A stretch of 64,000 nt of DNA, taken from the NCBI GenBank assembly GCA_947626955.1, contig CANQUB010000002.1, positions 1,505 to 65,504 of the forward strand. The letters are read 5' to 3'. This document shows positions 9,433 through 17,672 of this stretch, piece by piece. The notes below the pieces were generated by a model. The model made no database searches, was not told the origin of the DNA, and saw only the letters and a program-made list of their open reading frames with translations. The position numbers and the translations under genes are program-made. Source of the stretch: an uncultured Clostridia bacterium. Lineage in GTDB: Bacteria; Bacillota; Clostridia; Christensenellales; UBA1242. How positions within the stretch are numbered: the first letter of the stretch is position 1; every line of letters starts with the position of its first letter.

Positions 9433-11094
9433 ATGAAAATAGGATCGCTTTTGCTTTCGCCGCTTGGCTATGAAAGCCAAATGACCTTTTGGATGGCCAT
9501 CGCTGTTTCAATTATAAACGCCGTTTTGATGGCCTTTGCTGGCTACAAATTTTTGCAGATGATGCAACTCTCTTCATATAAAATGAAGGGCTATTTCGGC
9601 TGGCTGAAAGATACCAAGGGGGCATGGTGGGGCAGGCTTATTATGCTGTCGTTTTTGTCGTCATCGGCCATGCTTATTACCAACGTTCTGCTTAAAGACT
9701 TCTTTGTGTACCAGCTAATGACCTATGTTGGATTGGTATTTTACTTCATATTCACCATTATTTATATCATTAACCAGTACTCAGTTCCTCAAAAGACCCC
9801 GCTAAAATACACTCGCCGCATGACGAGAATGGTGGTGGTTTATGGAATTTTAGTGTTCGTGCTTTCCATGGGACTTTTGACCCTTTCGATAAACTACATT
9901 CCGTACTTTTCGTATGGAGCTCTTGGCCTTGTGCCAATGTTTGTGCCGCTGCTAGTTTGCTTGGCCTATTACATAATGTATCCGTTTGAAACTCTACACA
10001 ACAAGGGCTTTATTAAAAAAGCAAAAAAGCGGCTACTAGAGCATAAAAACCTCATCAAAATTGGCATTACAGGCAGCTATGGCAAGACTTCGGTGAAGAA
10101 TATCCTGGCAACGCTGCTCAGCGAAAAATATGTGGTTTGTTCAACCCCAATGAGCTTTAACACTCCGCTTGGACTTTCTAAGACCATACTTGACAACCTT
10201 GAAAGTAGAGACCAAATCTTCATTGCTGAAATGGGAGCGAGATATGTGGGCGACATCAAGGAGCTTTGCGAAATGATTGAGCCAAACATCGGGGTGATAA
10301 CCGGCATTGGCAATCAACATCTATTGACCTTTGGCAGCCTTGAAAACCTTTATAACACCAAGGGCGAGCTAAAGGACTATATTTCGGTGGCCGGCGGGAC
10401 AATGTTCTTTAATGGTGACAACCAAAAGTGCAGACAAATGGCCAGCGAGTGCATATGCAAAAATGTTGTGAGTACTCCTTTTGAAAAAAATGACCGCGTC
10501 TACGCCGAGGATATTTCCTATGACCAGCAGGGTATGACCTTTACGCTGGTGTTTGGAAGCGAAAAGATAAAAGTCAGTGCAAGGCTGCTTGGCGAGCACA
10601 ATGTGTCTAACATTGTTTTGTGTGCAAATGTCTGCCTGTCGCTTGGGCTTACTCCAAAGCAAATTGCAGACGGAATAAAGAAACTTTTGCCTTCTCCGCA
10701 CCGACTCGCAATTATGCCTTCCTCGCAGTCACTCATCATTATAGACGATGCATATAATGGGAGTGTGGAGGGAAGCCGTGCGGCTCTTAAAGTCCTTGCC
10801 GGATACGACGGCACAAAGGTGGTCATAACCCCAGGACTGGTCGAGCTTGGCAAGATGCAGCAAAAGGCCAATCATGAGCTTGGTGTACTACTTGGGAAAA
10901 GTGCCGACTACGTCATTATTACCGGAACGACCAACTATGAGGCACTTTATGAAGGCTTGAAAGAAAGCGGTATGGCCGAAGAAAAGATACTAAGAGCAGG
11001 AAGTTTGAACCAGGCCGTTACGCAGTTATACGAAATTACTCAGCCCGGCGACGTTGTGCTTTTTGAAAACGACTTGCCAGACAACTACTCCTAA
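9433..11094 (+). CDS. murF: Mur ligase family protein, MurF-like (UDP-MurNAc-tripeptide--D-Ala-D-Ala ligase) with an N-terminal polytopic membrane domain
   Basis: The P-loop GITGSYGKTS appears only at about residue 213. MurF-like central and C-terminal motifs are present (AEMGARYVGDI, DDAYNGS, ITPGLVELG...NHELG). Residues 1-190 contain about 5 hydrophobic helices. It is adjacent to ddl. Confidence 0.75.
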   Translation: MKIGSLLLSPLGYESQMTFWMAIAVSIINAVLMAFAGYKFLQMMQLSSYKMKGYFGWLKDTKGAWWGRLIMLSFLSSSAMLITNVLLKDFFVYQLMTYVGLVFYFIFTIIYIINQYSVPQKTPLKYTRRMTRMVVVYGILVFVLSMGLLTLSINYIPYFSYGALGLVPMFVPLLVCLAYYIMYPFETLHNKGFIKKAKKRLLEHKNLIKIGITGSYGKTSVKNILATLLSEKYVVCSTPMSFNTPLGLSKTILDNLESRDQIFIAEMGARYVGDIKELCEMIEPNIGVITGIGNQHLLTFGSLENLYNTKGELKDYISVAGGTMFFNGDNQKCRQMASECICKNVVSTPFEKNDRVYAEDISYDQQGMTFTLVFGSEKIKVSARLLGEHNVSNIVLCANVCLSLGLTPKQIADGIKKLLPSPHRLAIMPSSQSLIIIDDAYNGSVEGSRAALKVLAGYDGTKVVITPGLVELGKMQQKANHELGVLLGKSADYVIITGTTNYEALYEGLKESGMAEEKILRAGSLNQAVTQLYEITQPGDVVLFENDLPDNYS

Positions 11095-11124
11095 GCCTCC
11101 CTCCACACCAATTTGGGAGGGAAC

Positions 11125-12261
11125 ATGAAGGCACTACTAATTTTTGGTGGAAAATCTTTTGAACACGACATTTCAATAATAACCGCTCAGATAATCTATA
11201 ACAAGGCAAAAAGCTCCAGCTTTGAGCTGCTGCCAGTGTATATAGATAAAAACGATGAGTGGTTTTATTTTACCAAAGATAACATGAACATCACTCTCTT
11301 TAAAGACTTTGAAAAGACCTACAAGCAAAAAGGCTTTGTGAGAGCCTATGTTAAGGCGGGGGAAAACTATCTTTACTACAAAGCCGGCTTAGTGCACCGA
11401 GTACAAGTGGATGCTGCACTGCTTTGCACCCATGGTGGCCGTGGTGAAGACGGACACTTGACCGCTCTACTCGAAGAGGCCAACATTGCTCCGTCGGTGG
11501 GCAGCATGACCGCCCTTGGAATTTGCATGGACAAGGTGTCGACTAAGTATGCATTAAAGGGCATGAAACTGCCAACAATTGACTTTTTCGACTTTACAAA
11601 GGATGAATTTATCATTGGCAAGCAGGCCATCTTTGACCGTGCAAATAAGCTTGGATATCCACTGATAATTAAGCCTGCTAGCCTTGGAAGCAGCATTGGA
11701 ATAAGCGTGGCAAATAATGAAGCACAGCTAGAAACCGGAGTGCAGTTGGCACTGGAGTTCGATGAGCATTTGCTGGTTGAAAAAGCCCTTCTTAGTGGCA
11801 TGGAGGAATACAATGTGGCCTGCATGACACATAATGGAAAGACCATAGTTTCGCCTGTGGATAAACCTGCTCGTGAACATCAAATTTTGAGCTTTGAAGA
11901 CAAATATATAGGCCACCCCGACCAAAAGCGGCCGACAAAGAAACAGGCAGGCGGGTATCTAGCCAAAAAGAAATTTGAAAAAATTGATGAAAAACTCGAA
12001 AAAAGACTAAAAGATTATTCACAAAAGGTCTATGAAAAACTCGGCCTATTTGGTCCGGTTAGAATAGATTTTATTCGAGAGGGAAGCAAAATTTATATAA
12101 ACGAGCTTAACACAATACCGGGCTCGCTAGGCTACTATTTCTTTGTGCCATACACTTTTAAGACCATGGGAGAGTATGTTGACGCCATACTTTTAAATGG
12201 CAAAAAACGCTTTGAAAAAGAACAAAATTTTAAAAAAGAATTTATAACAAAACTCATATAA
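11125..12261 (+). CDS. ddl: D-alanine--D-alanine ligase
   Basis: N-terminal FGGKSFEHDISI, an ATP-grasp core (GYPLIIKPASLGSSIGI), and C-terminal INELNTIPGS. GGGAGGGAA lies upstream of ATG 11125. Confidence 0.9.
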   Translation: MKALLIFGGKSFEHDISIITAQIIYNKAKSSSFELLPVYIDKNDEWFYFTKDNMNITLFKDFEKTYKQKGFVRAYVKAGENYLYYKAGLVHRVQVDAALLCTHGGRGEDGHLTALLEEANIAPSVGSMTALGICMDKVSTKYALKGMKLPTIDFFDFTKDEFIIGKQAIFDRANKLGYPLIIKPASLGSSIGISVANNEAQLETGVQLALEFDEHLLVEKALLSGMEEYNVACMTHNGKTIVSPVDKPAREHQILSFEDKYIGHPDQKRPTKKQAGGYLAKKKFEKIDEKLEKRLKDYSQKVYEKLGLFGPVRIDFIREGSKIYINELNTIPGSLGYYFFVPYTFKTMGEYVDAILLNGKKRFEKEQNFKKEFITKLI

Positions 12262-12324
12262 TTTTGCTAGTTTTGGCCGTTTTGATACGCTTTTTTACAT
12301 AATTTAGGGCTAATTTTGCGTTTT

Positions 12325-13233
12325 TTAAGCGTATTGACTGCAAATTTTATTGCACTCATCTTTGAGTGCATTTTTTAGTTTCTCGGGGGCAACAATTTTA
12401 ACTTTTTCACCTAGAAGCATAAGCCTGTGCACCAGCCCCTGACTATAACTTACAGAGGCAAGAAGGTTGCCGCTTTCAAGAATTTTCACCTTGCTCTTGC
12501 CAAGCCAGTCGTAGATTTCGGGCAAGGCCGATTGATCACAGCTAAGCTCCATTTTAATCTTTTCGAAGCTGTCAGCAAATTCTTTATTCCATGGCCGCTT
12601 TGTAAGGTCTATATTTTTTCTTGTAAAAGTGGTGCTAAGCGTCTTTAATCTTTCAATTCGTGAAATTCTAAACAGCCTAAACGACTGCTTTAGGGTGCAG
12701 AAGGCATACACATACCAAACGCCGGCTTTGTAGACCAGGGTGTATGGTTCAATAACTCGCTGTTTTTCTTCCTCTTTTTTGTATACAATTTCAAGCGGTT
12801 GCTGGTTTTCTATGGCCGATTTTATCTTCTCGAAAAAGTCGGCCTTGTCCTTATCGTCACCCCAGATATCACTGTCAATAATAAGCTGCCCGCAGTGGCT
12901 GTCTAGTCCCTTTAAGCTAGGCTCACTAAACAGGCTGCTTAACCTATCGCTCAGCCCCTCTTCATGGGTAGGGTTGGTCTTTAAAAAGGTTATAAATTCC
13001 GAAAGCTCATTTAGTGTAAAAAAAGAAGAGGAAATTTTGCTCTGCTTTATTAGTTCATATCCGCCGTTTTTGCCAGGGTAACAGGCAATGGGCATCCCGG
13101 CCATGATAAGAGTGTCCACAGCACGGTAGACCGTCTTCACGCTAGTTTCATACTTTTCGGCAAGGGCGGGAGCGGTGTATCTTTTGCCACCAAGCAGCTC
13201 CAGCATTATTGCTATTGAAATGTACTTTTTCAT
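12325..13233 (-). CDS. YafY-type HTH + WYL domain transcriptional regulator
   Basis: N-terminal wHTH (RYTAPALAEKYETSVKTVYRAVDTLIMAGMPI) and a WYL-domain signature (RVIEPYTLVYKAGVWYVYAFCTLKQSFRLFRISRI). GGAGAA RBS upstream of ATG 13233. The track start at 13281 is rejected. Confidence 0.85.
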   Translation of the reverse strand: MKKYISIAIMLELLGGKRYTAPALAEKYETSVKTVYRAVDTLIMAGMPIACYPGKNGGYELIKQSKISSSFFTLNELSEFITFLKTNPTHEEGLSDRLSSLFSEPSLKGLDSHCGQLIIDSDIWGDDKDKADFFEKIKSAIENQQPLEIVYKKEEEKQRVIEPYTLVYKAGVWYVYAFCTLKQSFRLFRISRIERLKTLSTTFTRKNIDLTKRPWNKEFADSFEKIKMELSCDQSALPEIYDWLGKSKVKILESGNLLASVSYSQGLVHRLMLLGEKVKIVAPEKLKNALKDECNKICSQYA

Positions 13234-13378
13234 ATGCTTTTCTCCAACTATAATTTTATACCAACCCGTTCTCGTTTGCAAGCATATTCAAACATTTGTT
13301 CGAATAATTTTGGGCGTGTACAAAGTTTGATACAAGAAATTTATGTGGAGTTATTTTGGAAAAACTGGGTCAAAATGT

Positions 13379-13407
13379 TTGGAAACTTACATTTTGTGGT
13401 ATATAAT
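13379..13407 (+). promoter_or_regulatory. candidate sigma-A promoter for the 13.4-16.5 kb operon
   Basis: TTGGAA at 13379-13384, a 17-nt spacer, and TATAAT at 13402-13407. Confidence 0.45.
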
Positions 13408-13435
13408 AAATTTATTAAGTTTAGGTAGGTGCATT

Positions 13436-14059
13436 GTGTACAATTTTTTCCGTAATGTTGAAGACAAACTGGCCTTTAAGAAAGCTCTAGAAGAAATTGA
13501 AAAGAGCGATTTGCCAAAACTCCACACCAAAGACACGACCGAAAAACGTGTCTATAAGCAGGCACCTGCCGATTCGGGGCAGATTGTTTCGGCTGGTGGA
13601 GGAGCTTCACCTTTGGTTGTTCCATACAAATATCGTTCGCCAGTTGCAAAGCCAAGCACCGATGTTGTTGACCTTAAGGACTACAAAAATTGGAGAGCTA
13701 AGAACCAACCAGCTCCAGCAAAACCTGCAACGCAAACCCCATCGTCTAGCAGCATTCTTGAAAGATTTTCAAGGCCTGCCGATTCTACAAGCTCGGCAAC
13801 CAGCGACTTTGATAGATACTTTGCCGATAGGTTAAAACTCAATCGTTCAACACCTGCAACTGCCAAGCCTGAACCAAAGGTTGAGCCTAAAGTTGAACCA
13901 AAGGTTGAAAAGAAGCCAGCTGAGCCTATAAAGATTGAAGTTATTGACAATACACCAAAAGAAAAGCCAGCTGTAAAGCCAAAGACCACTCGCAAACCTC
14001 GTGGCAAAAGCAAACGTCGCTTCGACGCCGATGTCATCACTTCGGTTGATTGGAAATAG
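13436..14059 (+). CDS. hypothetical low-complexity (P/K/A/S-rich, probably disordered) protein
   Basis: GTG start at 13436, preceded by AGGTAGGTG and downstream of the promoter. It has a PKVE tandem repeat and a basic C-terminal tail (KPKTTRKPRGKSKRRF). Confidence 0.5.
   Translation: MYNFFRNVEDKLAFKKALEEIEKSDLPKLHTKDTTEKRVYKQAPADSGQIVSAGGGASPLVVPYKYRSPVAKPSTDVVDLKDYKNWRAKNQPAPAKPATQTPSSSSILERFSRPADSTSSATSDFDRYFADRLKLNRSTPATAKPEPKVEPKVEPKVEKKPAEPIKIEVIDNTPKEKPAVKPKTTRKPRGKSKRRFDADVITSVDWK
13874..13909 (+). repeat. 3 x 12-nt in-frame tandem repeat (PKVE)3
   Basis: The repeat units are CCAAAGGTTGAG, CCTAAAGTTGAA and CCAAAGGTTGAA. Confidence 0.9.
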
Positions 14060-14061
14060 AG

Positions 14062-15696
14062 ATGAAATATATCTTAGCAAAATTTAAAGATGTGGGACTT
14101 TCAATGCTACCAATTGTGTTGGTAGTACTTGTCGTGCACTTTGGTTTTGCTCATTTTTCCACCAGTCTTCTTCTAAAATTCTTGGCCGCCATAATAATTA
14201 TAACAGTGGGAGAGATCATGTTTTTGACCGGGGTGGACGGGTCCATCATGAAGATGGGCGACTACGTTGGTAACTCGGTCACCAAAATTTCCCACTTTAC
14301 AGTGGTGCTGTTTTTTGCCTTTATCTTTGGGCTATTTGCCACCGTGGCTGAGCCCGACTTAAATGTGCTTGGCACCGAAGTTATAGAAACCGGGGTATTG
14401 AATGTCCCTAAGTTTTTATTCATATTTGTTGTTGGGGCCGGCGTTGGAATTTTTGTGGCCCTGGCACTGTTTAGAATTGTTAGAAGCATAAACTACAAAA
14501 TTTTAATTTTGGCCATATTTGCCTGCGTGTTCATCATTGCCATATTTGTGCCAAACAGCCTTATTGCCATATCCTTTGACGCCGGCGGAGCTACCACCGG
14601 TATCATAACTTCGCCATTTTTGCTAGCCCTTTCGGCCGGCGTTGCCAAGAATAAGAGTAACAGCAACAATAGCGACAATTTCGGGGTAATCGGCATTGCA
14701 TCGTGCGGACCAATTATTGCCACATTGCTGCTTTCCTTAATTTGCATGGGCAGGGGAAACACAGCCGAGGTTGTTGAAAGCATGAACCTTAATATCTTTG
14801 TGGACACTCTTTTAGACACCGTGCTTGCTGTGCTGCCACTGGTGGCCATATTCTTTATCTTTGATATATGTTTCTTAAAAATTTCCAAGAGGCAGAAAAA
14901 GGCGCTGACTGTGGGGGTTGTTATCACCTTTGTTGGCCTTTATCTTTTCTTGTTTGGCATCAATTTTGGAATGCTGGATATGGGCAATGCCGTGGGGGTC
15001 TTCCTTGGCACGAAGAGCCCTGCCGTTTCAATTATAATGGCACTTATAATAGGCTTTTTGATCACCTTTACCGAACCGTCGGTCAGGGTGCTTGGCTCGC
15101 AGGTTGAGGACGTTACGCAGGGCAACATACGCCGAAAACTGGTAACTTTGGCCATTGCCGTTGCCATGATGGTGGCCGTGTCGCTTTCGACCATAAAAAT
15201 TTTGTATGATATTTCCATTTGGTACATTGTGGGAATTGGCTACGCCATAATTCTTATTTTAATGCCATTTTCATCTAACACCTTTGTTAGCATAGCCTTC
15301 GACTCTGGAGGCGTGGCCTCGGGGCCTATGAGTGCGGCCTTTATCTTGCCACTGATGCTCGGTATGGCCAGCATTAACGGCGGTGCACACGAGGGCTTTG
15401 GGCTTATCGCCATTGTGGGCATGATGCCAATATTGGTGCTCGAAGTTATGGGGGTCATCTACAAGGCCAAAAGCAATGCAAACAACACTCGTGCCTACAA
15501 AAAGGCACTTAGAATTTCCTATGGCCTAGAAATGTATTCCAATATCGATTCGCTAGAAGAGGCCTACAACCGCAGGCAGGCATTAAAGCAGATGCAAAAC
15601 GAGGCTAAGAGCCAAGAGGCAGAGCAGCAAATTCTTGAAAAACAGCTTGAAGAGATTAAGCAAATGAAGGAGGAGCAAAATGAAGTTAAAGGATAA
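14062..15696 (+). CDS. polytopic membrane protein with internal duplication (DUF1538-like) and a C-terminal coiled-coil tail
   Basis: The two halves share the motifs G..FL.G....MG..VG...T.(A/T)EP...VLG..V and (S/A)FD(A/S)GG(A/V). It has about 12 hydrophobic helices. The family name is from memory of the DUF1538 + PII gene neighbourhood. Confidence 0.6.
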   Translation: MKYILAKFKDVGLSMLPIVLVVLVVHFGFAHFSTSLLLKFLAAIIIITVGEIMFLTGVDGSIMKMGDYVGNSVTKISHFTVVLFFAFIFGLFATVAEPDLNVLGTEVIETGVLNVPKFLFIFVVGAGVGIFVALALFRIVRSINYKILILAIFACVFIIAIFVPNSLIAISFDAGGATTGIITSPFLLALSAGVAKNKSNSNNSDNFGVIGIASCGPIIATLLLSLICMGRGNTAEVVESMNLNIFVDTLLDTVLAVLPLVAIFFIFDICFLKISKRQKKALTVGVVITFVGLYLFLFGINFGMLDMGNAVGVFLGTKSPAVSIIMALIIGFLITFTEPSVRVLGSQVEDVTQGNIRRKLVTLAIAVAMMVAVSLSTIKILYDISIWYIVGIGYAIILILMPFSSNTFVSIAFDSGGVASGPMSAAFILPLMLGMASINGGAHEGFGLIAIVGMMPILVLEVMGVIYKAKSNANNTRAYKKALRISYGLEMYSNIDSLEEAYNRRQALKQMQNEAKSQEAEQQILEKQLEEIKQMKEEQNEVKG

Positions 15697-16051
15697 AAAG
15701 AAAGCTCCTAGAAAAACGCTTAAACTCAGCCAAATAAACGAACTTACGTTGTCAGTGTTCATTGTAAAAAGGGAGAACGAAGACAAACTAAAAACCCGGC
15801 TTGAAGAGCTTGGGGCAAGGATTTTGAGCATCATGCGTGGGGTTGGCGTGTCGCGCCAGAGCGTGTTTGAATCGCTAAGAATTGGCACTGACGATTGCAG
15901 CGTGTTTGTGTCCACCAGCCGTGTTGAAGATGTTAGAGAGATAATGCAGACCATCTCTAGCGAGTTTGCCTTGACCGTTCCGGGCAACGGAAAAGGCTTT
16001 ACCATCGACGTTGACGGCTACCTTGGTGCCAAGGCCATTTTCATAGAGTAA
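15680..16051 (+). CDS. PII-like (nitrogen regulatory protein P-II family) small signalling protein
   Basis: 123 aa with a beta-alpha-beta-beta-alpha-beta-type pattern. GGAGGAG RBS; overlaps the end of the membrane gene by 17 nt. Confidence 0.55.
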   Translation: MKLKDKKKAPRKTLKLSQINELTLSVFIVKRENEDKLKTRLEELGARILSIMRGVGVSRQSVFESLRIGTDDCSVFVSTSRVEDVREIMQTISSEFALTVPGNGKGFTIDVDGYLGAKAIFIE

Positions 16052-16061
16052 GGAGACAGTT

Positions 16062-16457
16062 ATGGATATTTTTGATGAAGATATTTTTGATGATGACTTA
16101 TATAAACTGGTGGTTGCCATTGTTCAGCGTGGCTACAGCGACGAGGTGGTCTTTGCTGCCAAGGCGGCGGGAGCTAAGGGAGCGGTAATCTTGCAAGGCA
16201 AAGGCTCGGGCGACAGTGAGCGTAAGTTTTTTGGCTTTAAAATTGACCCCGAAAACGAGGTTGTTTTGATGCTTGTTAAAGAAGAAATCGTGGTGCCTAT
16301 AATGAAGGCCATCTACGCTACCACCGACTACCACTCGGCAGCTCGTGGCCTTGTGTTCGCCCTTCCAGTTTCCTATGTTACCGGCATGACCCATATAAGG
16401 GTTGAGGACGAGGAAGAACAAGAACATAAAGAGGAAAAGAAAGAAGAAAAAAAGTGA
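16062..16457 (+). CDS. PII-like small signalling protein with an acidic/basic E/K tail
   Basis: 131 aa: KLVVAIVQRGYSDEVVFAAKAAGAKGAVILQGKGSG..., with the C-terminal tail VEDEEEQEHKEEKKEEKK. AGGAG RBS. Confidence 0.55.
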   Translation: MDIFDEDIFDDDLYKLVVAIVQRGYSDEVVFAAKAAGAKGAVILQGKGSGDSERKFFGFKIDPENEVVLMLVKEEIVVPIMKAIYATTDYHSAARGLVFALPVSYVTGMTHIRVEDEEEQEHKEEKKEEKK

Positions 16458-16475
16458 TAAATTATCACTTTTTTG
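16447..16475. terminator. bidirectional terminator between convergent PII-like gene and murG
   Basis: AGTGATAA (16453-16460) / TTATCACT (16462-16469), flanked by an A-run and a T-run. The loop is very tight and both stop codons overlap the stem. Confidence 0.4.
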
Positions 16476-17520
16476 TGTACTTTAAGATCACTTCCATAAT
16501 CTTATCATTTGCAGGCTGGAAACAGCCTTTTTTTAATGCCTCAACATATTTATCTCTCTCGCGGTATGTTTCAATTATATATGGAAGCAGCCTGTCGTCT
16601 TCAAGCTGCTGCTCGGTAACAAAGTTGGCATAGCCCTCACGGTTGAAATATTTGGCGTTGTCCACCTGGTCACCCCTTGAAGCCCCCTTTGGAAGGGGAA
16701 TGAGTAGCATGGGCTTTAAAAGGGTGGCAAGCTCAAAGATGGTGTTTGAGCCCGCTCTCGACACCACCACATCGGCAAGTGCAAGAATTTGTCCCATTTC
16801 GTTTGTAAAGTCAATTTGCTTGTAGTTTTGGTAGCCGTCCATCCTCTTGTCGTAGTTGCCTTTGCCCACAAGGTGGATGACATAGAATTTGCGGGTTATG
16901 TCGTATAGCTCGCTGTAAACTTTTTGGTTAATAAACCTGCTGCCAAGGCTTCCACCGGTGACAACCAAAATGGGAAGAGAGGTTTCAATGTTAAAGTTTT
17001 TTCTAGCCGTGGCCTTGTCAATATTAAGGCTCCTTCGCATGGGCGAGCCAGTGTAGATGGCCTTTTTTTCATGGTCGGCCGTCTGCTTAAAGGTGGTGCA
17101 AATGGCCGTGCAATACCTCTTTGAAAGTCGGTTTGCAAGCCCCATATTTAGGTCACTTTCGTGGGCAATGACGGGAACTTTGTATCTTTTTGCAGCAAAG
17201 ACCACAGGAAGGCTTACATAGCCACCCTTAGAAAAGACCACATTAGGCTGCTCGGCCTTTATTATCTTCTTTGCCTCATTCGTGGCGCGAATGAGTTTAA
17301 AAGGAATGAGCAAATTGACAAAAAACTTGCCACGCACTAGCTTGGTCGAGGTGATGGGGTAATATTTGATGTCCTTTTCATTTTCAATGAGGCTCTTTTC
17401 AATGCCGCCTTGGCTGCCGATGTAGATTATGGAATCATAGTTTTTTCGCATATCAGCAAGCAGTGCAAGGTGTGGCATGACGTGCCCAGCCGTTCCTCCA
17501 CCCGTCAAAAGTATCTTCAT
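16465..17520 (-). CDS. murG: undecaprenyldiphospho-muramoylpentapeptide beta-N-acetylglucosaminyltransferase
   Basis: The N-terminus MKILLTGGGTAGHVMPHLAL is typical of MurG, with a GT28 C-terminal region (VVSRAGSNTIFELA). The start is taken at ATG 17520. Confidence 0.88.
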   Translation of the reverse strand: MKILLTGGGTAGHVMPHLALLADMRKNYDSIIYIGSQGGIEKSLIENEKDIKYYPITSTKLVRGKFFVNLLIPFKLIRATNEAKKIIKAEQPNVVFSKGGYVSLPVVFAAKRYKVPVIAHESDLNMGLANRLSKRYCTAICTTFKQTADHEKKAIYTGSPMRRSLNIDKATARKNFNIETSLPILVVTGGSLGSRFINQKVYSELYDITRKFYVIHLVGKGNYDKRMDGYQNYKQIDFTNEMGQILALADVVVSRAGSNTIFELATLLKPMLLIPLPKGASRGDQVDNAKYFNREGYANFVTEQQLEDDRLLPYIIETYRERDKYVEALKKGCFQPANDKIMEVILKYTKK

Positions 17521-17611
17521 ATGACCCTCCACTTATTATTATTTTATGCTTCAGACATATTATTATGTAATAAATAAATATATTTATAGCCAAATTTTAG
17601 GCTAATTTCGT

Positions 17612-17640
17612 TTGCCTAAAAAAGTGAAATTTGTTATACT
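17612..17640 (+). promoter_or_regulatory. candidate sigma-A promoter (extended -10)
   Basis: TTGCCT at 17612-17617, a 17-nt spacer ending in TGT, and TATACT at 17635-17640. Confidence 0.5.
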
Positions 17641-17672
17641 AAAAGCCGAAAAACATTAAAAAGGATAAATTT

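Noticed and set aside
13343-13435. Track start at 13343 for the P/K-rich protein.
   Set aside because: That stretch contains the predicted -35/-10 promoter (13379-13407). GTG 13436 follows an AGGTAGGTG RBS-like element.
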